In this document: piece by piece, positions 37,269-49,419 of the stretch
How the letters are laid out: each line of letters opens with the position of its first letter
How positions within the stretch are numbered: the stretch's first letter is position 1
From: an uncultured Chloroflexia bacterium
Lineage (GTDB): Bacteria > Chloroflexota > Limnocylindria > Limnocylindrales > CSP1-4
NCBI GenBank assembly: GCA_963828165.1
Contig: CAWHDR010000001.1
Coordinates: 1,216,001-1,280,000 of the forward strand
Length of the DNA stretch: 64,000 nucleotides
Reading direction: 5' to 3'
Program-made: the position numbers and the translations under genes
The notes under the pieces: generated by a model
Seen by the model: only the letters and a program-made list of their open reading frames with translations
Databases searched by the model: none
Told to the model about the DNA's origin: nothing

Positions 37269-38929
37269 AGCGCCTCTCCCCCGCCGAGCGACTCGCCCGC
37301 TATGGTCCCACGAGGGGCGATCGCGTCCGCCTCGGTGACACCGACCTGTGGGTCCGCGTCGAGGACGACCGCCAGGCTCCGGGCGATGAGCCCATCTGGG
37401 GCTACGCCAAGACGCTTCGACCTCGATCCCTGCAGGGTCGCTCGAGCGAATTGGAGCTGGACGTCGTCATCGCCGGCGCGCTCGTGCTCGACCCGGTCAT
37501 CGGTGCCGTCAAGGCCGACATCGGGATCAAGGACGGGCGCATCGTCGGCGTCGGGCGAGCCGGGAACGAGGGGATGAGTCCCGGGATCGAGCTGCGCGTC
37601 GGCCCGCACACCCAGCCGATCATGGGCTACGGCCTGATCGCGACACCAGGTGCCATCGACAGCCATGTCCATCTGATCTCGCCGGAGCTGCTGCCCGCGG
37701 CGCTGTCCGGCGGCGTCACGACGCTGATCACCGCCGGATTCGAGGAGCCGCCGTGGGCCATGGCACGCACGCTCGCGGCCATCGCCGACTGGCCGCTCAA
37801 CGTTGGGCTGCAAGCGTGCGCGCGGGCGGAGCAGGACGCCTCGCTCGACGCGCTCCTGGAAGCCGGCGCGTGCGGATTTAAGATCCACGAGGACTACGGC
37901 GCCCATCCGGAGCTCATCGATCACACCCTCCGCTACGCGGACGGGCACGACGTGAGCGTCTCGCTTCACACGGACGGACTGCACGAGAGCGCCGAGCTCG
38001 AGGACACGGTCGCGGCGATCGCGGGCCGGACCGTCCACGCCTATCACGTGGAGGGCAGCGGCGGCGGTCACGTGCCCGACGTCATCGGTCTCGTCCGCGA
38101 GCCGAACGTGATCTGCTCCTCCACGACCCCCACCGTGCCGTGGGGCGTCAGCGCCGCCGCCGAGCAGCTCCCGATGATCGTCCTCAACCACGGGGCGTCG
38201 TTCGCGGTCGCCGAAGACGTCGACCTCGTCCGCGAGCGCGTGCACCCGGCCACGATGGCCGCAGAGGGGCCGTTGCACGAACTGGGCGCGATCGGGATCG
38301 TGAATTCGGACTCGCAGGGCATGGGCCGGATGATGGAAACCGTCCGCCGGACGTTCCAGCTCGCCCACGTGATGGCGTCGTGGTCCGGGACGGCGCCGGC
38401 CGCCGATCCGTACGACGCGAACGAACGCGTGCTGCGCTACCTCGCGAAGGTCACCATCGAGCCGGCGATCACGCACGGCATCGCCGGGCATGTTGGCTCG
38501 CTCCGGCCGGGCCGCCTGGCCGACATCGTCCTGTGGCAGCCGGCCTACTTCGGCGTGAAGCCGGCGGTCGTGCTGAAAGCAGGCATCGCCGCCTGGGGAC
38601 CGCTCGGCGAGGGCAACGCCACGGTCGAGGGCGCGGAACCCACCCGCTATCGGCCCGACTGGGGCGGGCTCGGCCGGTCGGCGGCGTCGCTGTCGACGAC
38701 GTTCGTGTCGTCCCGGGCGGTGGGATCGCCGGATCTGCGGCGCCATGGTCGAACGCTGATCGCGGTCAAGGGGACACGCGGCCTGACGCGCGAGTCACTG
38801 GTCAGGAACCGGGCGGTCGCCGCCATCGACGTCGATGTCCGCGACGGGACGGTGACCCTGGACGGACGGCCGCTTGCCGTCGATCCGGTCCGCGAGGTGC
38901 CGCTGAGTCGTCGCTACCTGCTGAGGTAG
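37265..38929 (+). CDS. ureC: Urease alpha subunit-like amidohydrolase (divergent)
   Basis: YGPTRGDRVRLGDT, DSHVH, GFKIHED, LHTD, YHVEGSGGGH, SDSQGMGR. Confidence 0.85.
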   Translation: MKRLSPAERLARYGPTRGDRVRLGDTDLWVRVEDDRQAPGDEPIWGYAKTLRPRSLQGRSSELELDVVIAGALVLDPVIGAVKADIGIKDGRIVGVGRAGNEGMSPGIELRVGPHTQPIMGYGLIATPGAIDSHVHLISPELLPAALSGGVTTLITAGFEEPPWAMARTLAAIADWPLNVGLQACARAEQDASLDALLEAGACGFKIHEDYGAHPELIDHTLRYADGHDVSVSLHTDGLHESAELEDTVAAIAGRTVHAYHVEGSGGGHVPDVIGLVREPNVICSSTTPTVPWGVSAAAEQLPMIVLNHGASFAVAEDVDLVRERVHPATMAAEGPLHELGAIGIVNSDSQGMGRMMETVRRTFQLAHVMASWSGTAPAADPYDANERVLRYLAKVTIEPAITHGIAGHVGSLRPGRLADIVLWQPAYFGVKPAVVLKAGIAAWGPLGEGNATVEGAEPTRYRPDWGGLGRSAASLSTTFVSSRAVGSPDLRRHGRTLIAVKGTRGLTRESLVRNRAVAAIDVDVRDGTVTLDGRPLAVDPVREVPLSRRYLLR

Positions 38930-38943
38930 GGCTTGGGGAGCGG

Positions 38944-39408
38944 CTAACGCCCGCGCTGGATGTCCGCGAGCTGGCGGGCGATGTCCCGCTTCGAGTCACG
39001 GTCCGCGATATCGCGTCGCTTGTCGTGGAGCTGCTTGCCGCGGGCGAGCCCAAGCTCGATCTTGGCCTTACCGCGGGTGATGTACAGGCGCAGCGGCACG
39101 ATCGTCTGACCCTTGGCCTTCGCCCGTCCCAGCAGCTCGTCGATCTGCTTTCGGTGGAGCAGCAGCTTGCGGGTTCGCTTGGGGTCGTGGTTGTACCGAT
39201 TGCCCTGCTCGAACGGCGCGATGTCCGCGCCGATGAGCCACGCCTCTCCCCGCTCGATGCGAGCGTAGGCGTTGGCGATGTTGGCCTTGCCGGCCCGGAT
39301 CGACTTGATCTCCGTGCCGGTCAGCACGAGACCGGCCTCGAATGTGTCGTCGATCGTGAATTCGTGGCGGGCTTTTCGGTTGAGAGCGACGGTCGAATCG
39401 TCGCGCAT
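38944..39408 (-). CDS. smpB: SsrA-binding protein
   Basis: NRKARH, EAGLVLTGTEIKS, RTRKLLLH, GKQLHDKR. Confidence 0.98.
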   Translation of the reverse strand: MRDDSTVALNRKARHEFTIDDTFEAGLVLTGTEIKSIRAGKANIANAYARIERGEAWLIGADIAPFEQGNRYNHDPKRTRKLLLHRKQIDELLGRAKAKGQTIVPLRLYITRGKAKIELGLARGKQLHDKRRDIADRDSKRDIARQLADIQRGR

Positions 39409-39456
39409 GGATGGCTCCTGTCGGACGTGGCTGGAAGGATAGGTGCCGAAGGCGCA

Positions 39457-39487
39457 CGAACGCCGGTCCTATTCGGACCGGCGTTCG
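39457..39487. terminator. Perfect 13-bp hairpin upstream of smpB
   Basis: CGAACGCCGGTCC-tattc-GGACCGGCGTTCG. Confidence 0.6.
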
Positions 39488-39516
39488 AGTTGCTTACCCA
39501 CCCACAGGGTGTCCGA

Positions 39517-39567
39517 CTAGACGGCCATCTCCTGCGAGGTGGTGCAGCTACGCGTACTGTCGATCAC
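39517..39567 (-). CDS. Putative 16-aa peptide MIDSTRSCTTSQEMAV
   Basis: Perfect SD AAAGGAGGTGAT (39584-39573), GTG at a 9-nt spacing from GGAGG, TAG at 39519-39517. Confidence 0.45.
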   Translation of the reverse strand: MIDSTRSCTTSQEMAV

Positions 39568-39651
39568 TGCACATCACCTCCTTTCGTTCTCAAGAACCGT
39601 ACCTGAACGCCGTAGCGAGCGCAAGCGTGGGAAGACCGCCGTTTCGAGTGC

Positions 39652-41019
39652 TCAAGCAGCCGCGCGGAACGACCGCCCGGTCGCAGATCCGGCGAGCAGC
39701 TCGAGCGCGCGGTCGAGCGTCGGATCCGTGTTGGGGTCCAGCTCCGCGGGGAGCTCGACCAGCACCTGTGGCTCCAGCCCGATGTCGTGGATCCAGCGTT
39801 TGCTCGGCGTGAGCCAGCGGGCGATCGTCAGGCGGAATGCGCCGCCTTCGCCGGTCAGCTCCTGCCACTGCTGGACGGTCCCCTTGCCGAACGACGTCTG
39901 GCCGACGAGGGTGGCCCGCCCGGTGTCCTGCAGCGCTCCGGCCACGATCTCGCTGGCGGACGCACTGCCGCCGTCGATCAGGCAGGCGATTTGCAGGTCC
40001 GGGCTCGTCGCCACACCGCCCGGTTGGGCGTCGGTCGAGACCTGCGTGCCGTCCGCATCTTCCTCCCAGAACACGGGTCCGGACGCGATGAACTGGCTGG
40101 CCACGGCCCGTGCAGCTGTCACATAGCCGCCGGGATTGCCGCGGAGGTCGAGGATGAGCTTGGTCCGATCCGCATCCAGGTGTCTTCGCAGGGCGGAGGC
40201 GAGTTCCGTGGCGCCCCGATCGGAGAACCCGTTGAGCCGGACGTAGCCCACGGTACCGTCGGCGTAGTCCCGGGAGACGACCTCCTCCTGGAGGATGACG
40301 TCTCGGACGATCTCGAGCGCGAAGGACTCCTGGCCGTCACGCTGGATGCTCAGCGTGACGATGCTGCCCTTCGGTCCGCGGATCCGCTCACGCGCGCCGT
40401 CCACGTTCTGTCCATCGAACGACACGCCGTCCGCGGCCAGGATCAGGTCCCCGGTCCGGAGGTCCGCCCGTTCCGCCGGCGAGCCCGCCAGCGGCGCCAC
40501 GACCACCAGCCGGCAGTCCGGGCCGAGCGTCGCGCAGCCCTGGGTGCCATCGGCCGCCTGGGTCGCGATCTCGACGCCGATGCCCTCGAATTCGCCGCTG
40601 ATGCCCTGGAGCGTGTCGTGGTACTCGTCCGAGGTCAGATACGAGGAATACGGGTCGCCGAGCGCGTCGATCATCCCGCGGATGGCGCCCTGGACGATGG
40701 CGTCGCGGTCGACCTCGCCACCCGCATAACGGTCGTTGATCGAGTGGTACGTGTCCCAGAACGGCCGGAACGCCGCGTCCTCGCTGACCGGGGTGCCCGG
40801 CTCGAGCGCCGTCTGGCGACCCATCGAGTAGCCGGACATGAACAGCGCGCCGCCGGCCAGCAGCGCGACGACGACGATAGCGGTCACCAGGACCGGGGAG
40901 GTGGGACGGGCCACCGGAGGCGACGGAGGCGACGGAACCGGGGTGAGCGGGACGCCTGGTGGCGCAGGAGCGTGAGGAAGTTCGGGAGGCTCAGGAGGCT
41001 CGGGATCGCTTGACTGCAT
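39652..41019 (-). CDS. ctpA: S41 family C-terminal processing peptidase (PDZ)
   Basis: LGDPYS, GIGV, ILDLRGNPGG, SASASEI, SFGKGTVQ. Confidence 0.93.
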   Translation of the reverse strand: MQSSDPEPPEPPELPHAPAPPGVPLTPVPSPPSPPVARPTSPVLVTAIVVVALLAGGALFMSGYSMGRQTALEPGTPVSEDAAFRPFWDTYHSINDRYAGGEVDRDAIVQGAIRGMIDALGDPYSSYLTSDEYHDTLQGISGEFEGIGVEIATQAADGTQGCATLGPDCRLVVVAPLAGSPAERADLRTGDLILAADGVSFDGQNVDGARERIRGPKGSIVTLSIQRDGQESFALEIVRDVILQEEVVSRDYADGTVGYVRLNGFSDRGATELASALRRHLDADRTKLILDLRGNPGGYVTAARAVASQFIASGPVFWEEDADGTQVSTDAQPGGVATSPDLQIACLIDGGSASASEIVAGALQDTGRATLVGQTSFGKGTVQQWQELTGEGGAFRLTIARWLTPSKRWIHDIGLEPQVLVELPAELDPNTDPTLDRALELLAGSATGRSFRAAA

Positions 41020-41044
41020 GGCTACGTGGTACGGCCCCCGGGCA

Positions 41045-41929
41045 CTAGCGGATGAGGTACGTGCGGACGGACACCCATGATCCGAGGATGCCCAGCCCGA
41101 CGCCGGTGCCCATCACCAGCGTCACGAGATCGCGCGTCAGCGAGCCGACCTCGAGGGGCAGCACGCGGAAGAACTCGACCATGAAGCCGCTCAATGGATC
41201 GGCCGCGGCGGCGAGCACCGCCAGCGTGAGCGCCGCGCCCAGAAACCCGACGAAGGCGCCTTCGAAGATGAACGGCCACCGAATGAATGCGTCTGACGCC
41301 CCGACGAGCCGCATGATCTCGATCTCCTCTGCCCGCGCGAACACGGCCAGGCGGATCGTATTGACGATGATGAACAGCGCGATGACCCCGACGACCAGGA
41401 GCAGGACCGTCCCCGCGGTGCGCAGGATGTTCGTGACGGTGAGGACGCGCTCGACGAGGTCCTCGATGTTGATCACGTTGCGAACGGCGGGGTCCTCGCG
41501 CATCGCCTCGCCCACTGTGCGGACGGCGGACGGGTCGACAAGCTTCACTTCCAGGCTGGCATGGAGCGGGTTGCTTTCGAGGTACTGCGTCAGGTCCTCA
41601 CGACCCTGCGCCTTCATCCTCTCCCGGAAGCGCTCGAGTGCGACGTCGCGGGTGATGTACTCGACGGTGTCCACCTGGGGCATCGCCTCGAGCTCGGTCC
41701 GAAGCTCCGACACCTGCCGGTCGCTGACGTTGGGATGGAGGTACGCGACGACCTCGACCTTCTGCTCGGTGAACTCGAGCCCGGCCAGCAATCCCGCCTG
41801 GATGATGAAGAAGCCGGCGAGCAGCAGCAGCATCAGCACCATGGTCGCCGTGGCCGCCAGGCTCATCAACGCGTTCCGCCAGAAGCCCTGCCACGCGCGC
41901 CGGATGCTGAAGAAGAGGAACGAGATCAC
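41045..41929 (-). CDS. ftsX: Cell division permease FtsX
   Basis: NTIRLAVFARAEEIEIMRLVGAS...PFIFEG. Confidence 0.95.
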   Translation of the reverse strand: MISFLFFSIRRAWQGFWRNALMSLAATATMVLMLLLLAGFFIIQAGLLAGLEFTEQKVEVVAYLHPNVSDRQVSELRTELEAMPQVDTVEYITRDVALERFRERMKAQGREDLTQYLESNPLHASLEVKLVDPSAVRTVGEAMREDPAVRNVINIEDLVERVLTVTNILRTAGTVLLLVVGVIALFIIVNTIRLAVFARAEEIEIMRLVGASDAFIRWPFIFEGAFVGFLGAALTLAVLAAAADPLSGFMVEFFRVLPLEVGSLTRDLVTLVMGTGVGLGILGSWVSVRTYLIR

Positions 41930-41935
41930 CGGCGG

Positions 41936-42712
41936 TCAGTCCTCACGGTGATACGCGCCACCGACCTCGTCGCGGATGATCCGGCCCTCCTCGAGGGCCA
42001 CGACGCGCTTGCGGAGCGCCGTCACGACCTCCGCGTTATGCGTGGCCATGAGGACCGTGACCCCGAGCTCGTTGATGCGCAGGAGCAGCTGCAGGATCTC
42101 CCAGCTGATCAGTGGGTCGAGGTTGCCGGTGGGTTCGTCCGCGATGATCAGGCGCGGGTCGTGCACGAGCGCACGGGCGATCGCCGTTCGCTGCTGCTCG
42201 CCGCCCGACAGCTGGTTGGGGGTCTGCTTGGCCTGCGCGGAGAGGCCGACGATCGCCAGCACCTGGTCCACGGCGGGCCGGATCCCCCGACGCGGGTAGC
42301 CGGTCACCTCGAGCGCGAATGCGACGTTCTCCCAGACGGTCTTGGTCGGCAGCAGCTTGAAGTCCTGGAAGATGATCCCGATCTTGCGGCGCATGCGCGG
42401 CACCTGCCGCCGCGGCAGGCGGGCGAGATCCTGGCCGTCGAGGACGACGTCCCCGCGCGTGGCGATCTCATCGCGGATCAGCAGCTTGATCAACGTCGAC
42501 TTGCCGGCGCCGGACGGCCCGACGAGGAACACGAAGTCGCCCTCGGGGATCACGAGGTCGACGTCGCGCAGTGCGACCTTGCCGTTCGGATACCGCTTCG
42601 TGACGTCGTGCAGGACGAGGACCGCTCGATCCGGGACGGCCTGGTCACGGCCACGGTCGAGGATCCGGCGGCGAAGCGAGCGGGTTGGCGATGGCGGAGG
42701 GGCGACGGTCAC
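41936..42712 (-). CDS. ftsE: Cell division ATP-binding protein FtsE
   Basis: GPSGAGKST, FQDFKLL, LSGGEQQR, ADEPTGNLD. Confidence 0.95.
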   Translation of the reverse strand: MTVAPPPSPTRSLRRRILDRGRDQAVPDRAVLVLHDVTKRYPNGKVALRDVDLVIPEGDFVFLVGPSGAGKSTLIKLLIRDEIATRGDVVLDGQDLARLPRRQVPRMRRKIGIIFQDFKLLPTKTVWENVAFALEVTGYPRRGIRPAVDQVLAIVGLSAQAKQTPNQLSGGEQQRTAIARALVHDPRLIIADEPTGNLDPLISWEILQLLLRINELGVTVLMATHNAEVVTALRKRVVALEEGRIIRDEVGGAYHRED

Positions 42713-42875
42713 TCAGGACTCCGTGAGCGAGGCAGGGCGACGCGAGTCGCCGCCGACTCGGGTCGGCTCGACTCCATCCGCGGGCACGGCAAGAGGAGCC
42801 ACGTAGGTCCCGAGGCTACCACCGGGTCCATGACCGGGCAAACAGGACGATGGTGCCCCCAGGCACCGCCTCTCG

Positions 42876-43907
42876 TCAGAGGAGACCGGGCGAAATCGGC
42901 AGGTAGCGGGTCAGGTCCGCGAAGGGTTGGTCCCAGCACAGCAGGACCGGAAACTGGTCAAGCCGGAAGCCGGACTGGAGTGCCGGTACGACCGCGCGAT
43001 CGGCCGTCCCGGGCAGCCACAGGGCGAAGGCGCCGCGCGGGATCACCGCGCTCGAGAGGTGGCCAAGGATCGGGGCGAGCAGCGCCGGATCGTGAACGGC
43101 CACCGGGCCGATCCGGCCGGCCTCGGACGCGTAGCCGTAGCCCACCGCGGCACCGTCGGGGCCGCGGTACAGCCAGCCGGTGCGGTTCTCCTGGCGCAGG
43201 AACCGGTGGTCCGCCGGATGGGCGACGCCGAGGACTTCGCGATCGAGCGCATCGATCGCGTTCGCCAGGTGCCGATGCCCCTCACCATCGGGCTCGTCGA
43301 TGACATCAGAAAAGGCCGTGGGGACGACCCCCGACGGCAACGTGCCGAACGCATCGGGGTGCTGCGGCAACCCGATGAGGTTGAGGAGGGGGATGCGCGG
43401 CACGATGCCCGCCGAGGCATATAGCGCGTTGCTGATCGGCTGGGCGCTGTCGGTCGCCGTGGCCCGGAACGACGCCTCGCCGTCCCCCGGGGCGACGTGT
43501 GCCAGGAGCGCGCGGCCCAGGCCGGCGCCCTGGAGCCCGGGGCGCACGAAGAGCATCGAGAGGAACCACAGGCGCTCGCGCATCACGGCCGCGGCGAACG
43601 CGACGATCCGCTCGCCGCCCTGTCCGTTCTCGCCGGTGGCGCCGTCGTCCCCCCCGGCGGCGGTCGCATCCGCGGGCATCGTGGCGACGACGAACCGCTC
43701 CGGGTCAGTGGACTGGAGGTGTGCGTAGAGTCTGAGCAGCGAGGCCGTCTCGGGCGGCACGTCCGGCTGGTTGAGCCGTCGTGTGTAGTCGTTGATCCCG
43801 TCACGCCAGACCTCGGCGCAGTCCGCCAGCTCGTCGCTGCGGACGGGGCGATACGAGATGCCGACGCCCGTCCCTCCGCCCGCGATGACCGGCGACGCCT
43901 CGGTCAC
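42876..43907 (-). CDS. GNAT family N-acetyltransferase (tandem GNAT)
   Basis: LSMLFVRPGLQGAGLGRALL acetyl-CoA motif; GTG overlaps prfB stop. Confidence 0.85.
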   Translation of the reverse strand: MTEASPVIAGGGTGVGISYRPVRSDELADCAEVWRDGINDYTRRLNQPDVPPETASLLRLYAHLQSTDPERFVVATMPADATAAGGDDGATGENGQGGERIVAFAAAVMRERLWFLSMLFVRPGLQGAGLGRALLAHVAPGDGEASFRATATDSAQPISNALYASAGIVPRIPLLNLIGLPQHPDAFGTLPSGVVPTAFSDVIDEPDGEGHRHLANAIDALDREVLGVAHPADHRFLRQENRTGWLYRGPDGAAVGYGYASEAGRIGPVAVHDPALLAPILGHLSSAVIPRGAFALWLPGTADRAVVPALQSGFRLDQFPVLLCWDQPFADLTRYLPISPGLL

Positions 43908-45032
43908 GCGGCGTCGCCCGTATCGTCCCCGCGCCACTCCCCGCCGGTGGCGAGCCGCTCCAGCTCGGCCTGCATGAAGGCGTCGAGGTCGCCATCGAGC
44001 ACCGCGGACGTGTTGCCGGTCTCGTGACCCGTTCGCAGGTCCTTGACCATCTGGTACGGGTGCAGGACGTAGCTCCGGATCTGGTTGCCCCAGCCGGCCT
44101 CGACGTGCTCGCCCTTGAGCTCGCGAAGCTCGGCCTCCTTCTCCTCCAGCGCGCGCTCGAGGAGACGGGACTTGAGGACCTTGGTGGCATTCTCCTTGTT
44201 CTGGACCTGCGAGCGCTCGTTCTGGCTCTGGACGACGATCCCGGTCGGGGCGTGGGTGAGACGCACGGCCGAGTCGGTCTTGTTGACGTGCTGGCCGCCG
44301 GCGCCCTGAGCCCGATACGTATCCACCCGGATCTGGTCCCAGTCCAGCTCGATCTCGATGTCGTCGTCCGCCTCAGGCAGGACCTCGACGAGGGCGAAGG
44401 TCGTCTGGCGCCGGTTCTGCGAATCGAACGGGCTGATGCGCACCAGGCGATGCACCCCGCGTTCAGCGCGCAACCAGCCGTAGGCGCGTCGCCCGGCCAC
44501 CTCCACGGTCACGCTCTTGAGCCCGGCCTGCTCACCCTCCTGCTGATCGATGATCTCGGTCTTGAAGCGATGAACGTCGGCCCAGCGCAGGTACATGCGC
44601 AGGAGCATCTCCGCCCAGTCCGTGGCCTCCGTCCCGCCGGCCCCGGCGCTGATCGACAGGATCGCCGAGCGCTCGTCGTGCACACCGGAGAACAGGAGGG
44701 CCGTCCGTTCTCGCCCAAAGTCCTTCTCGAGCGCGCCGGCATCCCGTTCCTGCTCCGCTTCGAGGTCCGCGTCCGGAGCTTCGTCGAGCAGCTCGAGCGC
44801 CGCCTCGAGATCGTCGGCGCGAGCCAGGAGGTCCTGCCACGTGTCGAGCTCGGAACGAAGACCATCGGCCTCGCGCAGCACCTTCTGGGCGCCGCGCTGG
44901 TCGTCCCAGAAGCCCGGTTCCTGGGTCAGCGCCTCGAGCTGGCTGACGCGCTCGGATTTGGCCTCGAGGTCAAAGGCGCCCCGAGGTCGACCGGATCCGT
45001 TCGGCCAGGTCGCGGATGGCGGACGAATCCAC
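43904..45032 (-). CDS. prfB: Peptide chain release factor 2, programmed +1 frameshift at CTT-TGA-C (44975-44969)
   Basis: SPF and GGQ motifs; GTG GAT TCG...GGG CGC CTT TGA C, then +1 frame DLEAKSERV...FWDD joins the main ORF. Confidence 0.95.
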
Positions 45033-45256
45033 TAGTTCCGGACCTGGAGATCCTGGAGCAGCAGCGGCCGCAGCTCGATGAGCCGCAGGGCCGTCTTGCT
45101 CCGCGCGACGACGGGGTTCACGCATGGACAGTAGCTGTTGTGCGGGCACACGCCGCAGTTTCCGTCGCAATCCAGCGCCGCGGCGTAGCTGCAGGAGCGA
45201 CAGTCGCGCTCGCAAGCGATCAGATCGACGAACGCGGCATCTTCTGCCTGCTTCAC
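45032..45256 (-). CDS. 74-aa Cys-rich protein (2x CX3CX2C + CXC)
   Basis: RBS GGGAGAG, own promoter, stop TAG overlaps prfB GTG (TAGTG). Confidence 0.65.
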   Translation of the reverse strand: MKQAEDAAFVDLIACERDCRSCSYAAALDCDGNCGVCPHNSYCPCVNPVVARSKTALRLIELRPLLLQDLQVRN

Positions 45257-45367
45257 GGACTCTCCCTATCTACGCGCTGGGCACAAGCGGTGTGGGCTGG
45301 GAGCGACCTGCCTTGGGGCGACCTGCCTGGGGGGCTCGGGTGGCCTCGGGGCGACAGGTTTTGGCAC

Positions 45368-45396
45368 AGTATACGAGGCCAATCCCCCACCGCCAA
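45368..45396 (-). promoter_or_regulatory. sigma70-type promoter for the Cys-rich ORF-prfB unit
   Basis: TTGGCG-17 bp-TATACT on the minus strand. Confidence 0.6.
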
Positions 45397-45474
45397 GAGG
45401 GTACTTTCCGGCGGCCCGCTGCCCGGGACGTCCGGGCCGCCGATCGCCGACACGCGGCCGACGGCGGGCGGCAC

Positions 45475-46071
45475 CTAGGGCGATTCGCCGGTGACGAAGT
45501 ACAGGGCGAGGGCCCCCAGCTCGTGCATGGTCGCGTCGACTCGTGCCGCGGCATCGTCCTCGAGCGGACTCGTGCGTGTCGGGGAACCGTACGCGTCGAT
45601 CCCGACGTCGGCGGCCATGCGCAGCACCCGCAACATGTGCGTCGGGTCGGAGACGAACACGGCGCTGTGCAGGTCCTCGTCATCCATGAGTGCCGCCACC
45701 CGCCGGATCGACTGGAGGGTCGTCCGGCTCGTGTCCTCGGCGAGGATCGCGCCCTCGGGCACGTCGTGGCGGATGGCGTACTCGCGGGCGCTCGCGGCCT
45801 CCGTGGTCCGGTCGCCTTCGCGCTTGCCCCCGGTCACGATGATCCGCGGGGCGACCCCCTCGTGGTAGAGCGCGATGGCGTGATCGAGCCGGGCCGCGAA
45901 CAACCGGGAGGGGCGGCCGTCGTACTGGGCCGCGCCCATGACCACGATGGCGTCCGCGGCGCGGCGCTCATCACGGCCGGCCTGGTCCCAGATCCGGTAC
46001 GCGGCATACCCGACCACGGCGGCGGAGCCGACGACCCCGATCAAGACGATGCGAACAAGACCCCGCGACAA
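45475..46071 (-). CDS. YdcF/DUF218 family protein
   Basis: DAIVVMGAA, ARLDHA, IIVTGG, TEA, VSDPTHMLR; start uncertain. Confidence 0.85.
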   Translation of the reverse strand: MSRGLVRIVLIGVVGSAAVVGYAAYRIWDQAGRDERRAADAIVVMGAAQYDGRPSRLFAARLDHAIALYHEGVAPRIIVTGGKREGDRTTEAASAREYAIRHDVPEGAILAEDTSRTTLQSIRRVAALMDDEDLHSAVFVSDPTHMLRVLRMAADVGIDAYGSPTRTSPLEDDAAARVDATMHELGALALYFVTGESP

Positions 46072-46082
46072 TCCGCCGGCGC

Positions 46083-49121
<3,039 letters not shown>

Positions 49122-49167
49122 GGAACGGTGAGTATACGGTCAGAGCGCCGGAAGCCCCTCGTTCGGA

Positions 49168-49419
49168 CTAGCCCCAGAAGCCGGTCCCGTAGCCCAGGAT
49201 CAGGATCAGGAACGTCAACGCGCCGAGGCCCAGCCAGAACAGGACGGACATGAATGCCGACGTCGGGTTCATCTCCGGGTTCTTCAGGTCGGGCAGGCGC
49301 TTGCGCCGCAGGCCCACGCCCCAGCGTGGCGACCGCAGCTGATCCTGCCAGTCCCGTTCGCCGACGGGGCTCGGCTCCAGGCCGCCCTCGCCGTCGGGTC
49401 GATGCAGCTGCAGGCTCAT
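49168..49419 (-). CDS. Small membrane protein, hypothetical
   Basis: ATGA overlap with prs stop; single C-terminal TM helix. Confidence 0.65.
   Translation of the reverse strand: MSLQLHRPDGEGGLEPSPVGERDWQDQLRSPRWGVGLRRKRLPDLKNPEMNPTSAFMSVLFWLGLGALTFLILILGYGTGFWG

Noticed and set aside
39573-39585. ATCACCTCCTTTC as a remnant of the 16S rRNA 3' end
   Set aside because: The flanks do not resemble 16S helix 45; better explained as a strong SD on the minus strand.
43904-45032. prfB as a frameshifted pseudogene
   Set aside because: The break is the canonical CTT-TGA-C programmed frameshift.
45302-45345. Direct repeat GCGACCTGCCT x2 in the leader of the Cys-rich ORF
   Set aside because: Two short GC-rich copies are not enough to support a regulatory call.
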